The translations under genes were made by a program, and so were the position numbers. Positions 59,300 through 64,000 of a stretch of DNA of 64,000 nucleotides are shown here, one piece after another (the first letter of the stretch is position 1; each line of letters opens with the position of its first letter). Origin of the DNA: Leucoraja erinacea (Eukaryota); contig NC_073411.1 in NCBI RefSeq assembly GCF_028641065.1, positions 14,074,001 through 14,138,000 on the forward strand, written 5' to 3'. Below the pieces are notes generated by a model. The model searched no databases. It worked only from the letters and a program-made list of their open reading frames with translations, and was not told the DNA's origin.

Positions 59300-60985
59300 A
59301 TATCCTCCAGAATGTGGTTACTGTAGAGGAAGGAGGTTTACTGTAGATTAATTGATTTCCTCATCCAGAGAGTGGCTATCAGTCACCATTGATCCTCGGT
59401 AGGTGAATTAGATGACAGTTTCCAGCTGAGTGGTGTTTAGGATCATTACAGAGGGGAGTGGAGTTCCTTGATCCATGACAACAGTTGTATTAATACTGAT
59501 TGCCAGTCGGTAACCATTGCAAGCATGAGACAGTCTGTCCATCAGCCCCTGAAGTCCTTCTTCTGTTGGGGTGATGAGTGACCAATATGATCCCGATGGT
59601 TCCTCTTCCTTCTCCGCGGCGGGCCATTCCATGAGCAGTCTGACCTCCGGCATCTACCGAGGGCCCGTACTTGACCCTTGTCTCGGCGGTCACTTCGGTT
59701 GCCGGGTTCGTCCTTCTTCGTGGCCAAAGCAGGCCAAGTCCGGTCTTGAGTGGCTTCAATCTTCTGTCATTCAAGTCCACGGTGATCATCAATCTTGGTC
59801 ATTTCCTGTTATCAGAAACCGACCTGGTAAATGGAGACAAGAATGGAGTCTTGAAGATTCCTGATCCAAACCGTTGTCTGTCCAATCCCTCCACAGATGA
59901 AATGTCCTCTCGGAGTCGTGTCCTCGACCGACCTGCGGCATCCACCTTCAAACAATCTGGAAGAGATCCAGCGCCCTATGAAATCCCACCAAGTTGTTCC
60001 CCAACAGCTTCTCCAGTGCCAGGTGTGGAAGTTCGCAGAGAACATCGAGCAAGATTGGGTCTCCAGGATCTTCAAGCATCTGACATGCAAGTCCATGATG
60101 ATCATCAACCTTGGCCATTTACGGTCATCAGAAACCGACCTGGTAATTGGAGACGAGAATGGCGTCTTGATCCAAATGTCATCTGTCCATTTCCTCCGCA
60201 GATGCTGCCTGACCCGCTGAGTTTCTCCAGCAGTTTTCTGCTCCACCTTCGCTGACAGCCAAGCTCTAAAAACACATCTCCATCACGGTCTTCCACTGAG
60301 GGCAGTTTACAGAAGATCAGCTCCAAATTCCCAGTGACACCAGATATTCCTCAGCAACACAGCAGGGTCAGGTGTGATGAAGCTTCTGCGTGACAGCCCT
60401 GGTCCATGGCCGTCTCTTCAGATATTGTCCTCTGGTCAATCACAGGAAACATGGCAGATGGTCGATGACCTCAGGAGGGGAAAGCCGATGATCCACAAAC
60501 TTGTCTCCATTAATGGGACAGTGGTGGAGAACGTTATGTTGCAAGTTCCTGGATGTCCATGTCTCTGAAGGTCTGTCCTGGTTCCGACGCAGGTCACTCC
60601 TTGACGTTTCTTGATGGAGGTAAGTCGCCCAAGCTTCACTGCTGTACAGTAACGTGTTCAACACTCACGCGTTGTAGACAGTTGCCTTGGTCTTCATTGT
60701 GAGTTTCCTGTTCTTCCATGTCAACTTGCTTAGTCTCCCGAACCTGGGTGCTGTAGGAAGGTGGTTTACTGTACGTGAAGTGGTTTCCTCATCCATGAGT
60801 TGCTGTCGGTCACCGTAGATCCTAGGTTGGTGAATTTAAGACATTTTCCAGCGGAGTGGCGTTTATGGTGATTTCAGAGGGGGGCAGAGTGCCCTGACCC
60901 ATGACAACAGTCATCTTAACGCTGATTGCCGGTCTGTCCATCAGTCCTGAAGTCCTTCTTCTGTTGGGGTGATGAGTGACCAGTG
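59300..60985 (-). mobile_element. Two RTE (BovB-like) RT fragments (~59300-59575, ~60590-60985) within a duplicated mosaic
   Basis: TEEGLQGLMDRLSHAC..LAISI; LNTLLYSSEAWATY. Confidence 0.65.
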
Positions 60986-63494
60986 TGGTCCCAATGGTCC
61001 CTCTTCCTTCTTGGGCCCCCCCCCCTCATTCCAACGCATGGTCACTCTTTGTTCTCTCGGCCGCGCGACCTCGACTGACCTCCGACACCCACCGCGGGCC
61101 CGTCCTTGACCCTTGTTCTTGGCAGTCACTTCAGACGCCGGGCTGATCCTTGTTCGTGGTCACTGCCGGCCGAGTCTGGTCTTGACCGGCTCCATGCCGA
61201 CTGCCCGGTGGTGCTCACCAGGATGTTCCCTCAGCAACACAGCAGGGTCAGGTGTGATGCTCCTGCGTGCCACCCCTGGACCGTGGCCGTCTCTTCACAT
61301 CTTGTCCTCTGGTCAATCTCAGGAACATGGCAAAAGTTGATGATCACTGTGGGCTTGATGGTGTGAAGGGAAAAACATCAAACATGTGCCGACTGATGTG
61401 GTCGGCAGCTGTTTGCGAGGAACGTTTCCTCCAAAGACTTGCAGGAAAATGCTACTGAGGCAGATGATGAGCCCGAGCCAGATGAGTTTGACAAATTTCT
61501 TAAATGGCGTGCAACAGTTCGCTGCCAGTTGTACTGTGAAATGTTGATGATGAAATCCCAAATGTAGACGAGAGTGCGTGCGGGGAATAGGTTGTAGCTC
61601 TTTCTAGAAATGGCTCTTAAAAGGGCCTTTGTTGGACGTAGTGAGAAATTCCAGTGCGGTCCCCTCCGATGTGGCTTCATATCCGATGGTTTTTCACGAA
61701 CGGCACTCGGGTTCCTGACATCCATTCTCTCCGAAGGCTTTTGTTCCGTGCTATCCAATCCCTCTTGGGGTTGCACGGGAGAATCCATGGCATTTAAGAA
61801 ATTTGTCAAACTTGTCGATCATCTGCCCCAGTGGCATTTTCCTGCAAGTCTTCGGAGGGAAAGTTCCTCGCAAACAGTTGGCGATCACATCAGTCAGCAG
61901 ATGTTTCATGCTTTCCACTTCACTGTCTGGAGGAGATCTGGGGCAACAAGAAATCGCTCCAAGTTGTTCCTCAACAGTTTCTCCAGCGCCAGGTGTGGAA
62001 GGTCGCGTAGAACGTGGCCTTTGGCATCTTCAATGTTCTGCCATTCAAGTAGACCTGGTAAATGGAGACAAGAATGGAATCTTGAAGGATCCCGATCCAA
62101 ACATAGTCTGTTCATTCCCTCCACAGATGCTGCCTGACCCGCTGAGTTCTTCCAGCAATTTTCTGCTCCAACTTCGCTGACAGCCGAGCTCTAAAAACAC
62201 CCTCATGGTCTTCCACCGAGGGCAGTTTCCAGAGGATCAGTTGCATATTCCCAGTAACGCCAGATGTTCCTTAGCAACACATCACGGTCAGGTGTGATGA
62301 AGCTTCTGCGTGCCAGCCCTGGTCCATGGCCTTCTCTTCAGATATTGTCCTCTGGTCAATCACATGAAACATGGCAGATGGTCAATGACCTCAGGAGGGG
62401 AAAGCTGATGATCCACAAACTTGTCTCCATTCATGGGGCAGTGGTGGAGAACGTTATGTTGCAAGTTCCTGGTTGTGCATGTCTCTGAAGGTCTGTCCTG
62501 GGTCCAGCACATCAATGCAATCACACACAAAACTTATGACCACCTCTAAGCTTTCGTAACATCCACAAAGGCGATGAACAATGGGGTTTGCTGCTCTTGA
62601 CATTTTCCTTGTATTTGACACGGGGAGAAGATCATGTCCATTGTGGATCTACCTCCATGGAAACCGCATTGTGCCTCAGGTCAGAGAGTGCCTAAGGTCA
62701 GCAGTCTTTGCAGGATCACTCTGGCAAAGGCCTTTCCTGTAACACTCAGAAGTGAGATGTCCCTGTAGTTGGTGCAGTCACTGTGATCTTGTACAGTGTG
62801 ATGATGTTGGTGTTACGCATGTGTTACGCAGAAACTGCTCAATCCATCACAGGTGATGATCTCTTCACCATCAAAGGGATCTACAAGAGATGCTACCTGC
62901 AAAAGGCAGCTAATATCAAAGACCCACACAAACCTACCAGTGTGAAAAGCCAACAGAAGCAGGGAAACTGACCACCATGTTTAAGATCAACTTCTTCCCA
63001 GCAATTACAAGCCTCTCGAACACTGCACAACATGAACCACAACAATGAGATATTATGGACTGTGTCTTTCGCTGCCCGACAGATGTTTTTTACACTAGAA
63101 TTTAATTATTAATTTCCTGGATTTTTATTTTATTAGTTACCTGTGTGTCGTTGCACTACGCTCCCATTATTTTGTTCAGAAGCCCAAAAAACGTGACCTC
63201 CAGGTTCAGGAACAGCTTCTTCCCAGCAACCACCAGGCTCTTGAACACTACCCAACACAAACCACATCTATGAATGAACTGTGAAGAACTGTGGACTGAG
63301 GTTTTGGTTGCATTACAGACATGTTTACAGTAGTATCGTGAGTATAAATTTACTGAAATGTAATTTAATGCATTTTTGTGTTGTTGCAATTACAGGCTTA
63401 TTAATCTGCACAAGATCAGCCATGATCATATTGAATGGCAGTGCAGGCTCGCAGGGCCGAATGGCCTACTCCTGCACCTATTTTCTATGTTTCT

Positions 63495-63805
63495 ACCCCT
63501 TCCCCCCCCTCCCTCTCCGGCTCCACAAAGCTCACTGCCCCCTCCCCCTCGACCTCCCCGCCCACACCCCCTCCCACACCTCCCTCCCTTCCCCACACCC
63601 CCCCACCCACACCCCCCCCCACACCACACATCCCCCCCCCCCCCCCACACCCTCCCCCTCCCCCACACCCCCCCCTACACACACACACACACACCCCCTC
63701 CCCACACCCCCCCCCTCCCTCCCACATCCCCCCCCCCTCCCACATACCCCCCCCCACCCACCCCTCCCCACACACACACCCCCCCCCCCCCCCCCCACCT
63801 ACACC
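63495..63805. repeat. C-rich / (CA) low-complexity tract between CR1 fragments
   Basis: Runs of C interspersed with CA; G-rich on the minus strand. Confidence 0.9.
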
Positions 63806-64000
63806 CCTATATGGCTTATTTTTAAACTGTGGCCCCTGGTTCTGGACTCTCCCAACATTGGGAACATGTTTCCCATCTCTAGAGTGTCCAAACTCTTAAT
63901 AATCTTATATGTTTCAATAAGATCCCCTCTCATCTTTCTAAATTCTAGCGTATATACAGCAGCTCCATTCTCTCAGCATGACAGTCCCGCCATCCCGGGA
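63806..64000 (-). mobile_element. CR1 LINE fragment (runs off window)
   Basis: Same family as 56890-57095. Confidence 0.8.

Noticed and set aside
59671-62180. ORFs of 125-194 aa as host genes
   Set aside because: They run through SINE and RTE fragments and duplicated blocks, with no exon structure. Kept only as an unclassified-element finding.
63376-63899. Pro-rich and Gly-rich ORFs
   Set aside because: Artefacts of the C-rich low-complexity tract.

Overview
Vertebrate genomic DNA, most likely a skate or ray. This is inferred from the CR1, V-SINE/HER1-like, Rex1 and Penelope repeat families and from the slowly evolved proteins. Three spliced protein-coding genes lie head-to-tail on the minus strand, and I assembled them by hand through canonical GT-AG sites with consistent phases: ANKRD39 (4 coding exons, 188 aa, 5581->992), C2orf42 (7 coding exons, 540 aa, 17547->9787) and TIA1 (12 coding exons, 378 aa, 48499->25840). 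Positions 51-64 kb are a repeat-rich mosaic with no recognisable gene. The most notable non-coding signals are: (1) a cluster of candidate autoregulatory poison exons and a recursive-splice-like site in the 7.8-kb TIA1 intron; (2) a minisatellite in the C2orf42 promoter whose every unit carries a ZNF143/THAP11-type ACTACAnnTCCCA site; (3) two 25-31 bp hAT-like micro-elements with perfect 8-bp GTnnnnAC duplications near the ANKRD39 promoter; (4) Penelope-derived short repeats carrying minimal hammerhead-ribozyme cores; (5) insertions flanked by unusually long (140-155 bp) direct duplications, one tandemly amplified next to the TIA1 promoter and one containing telomeric repeats. Homology calls come from recalled protein and repeat sequences, not from database searches. 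Repeat boundaries are approximate.
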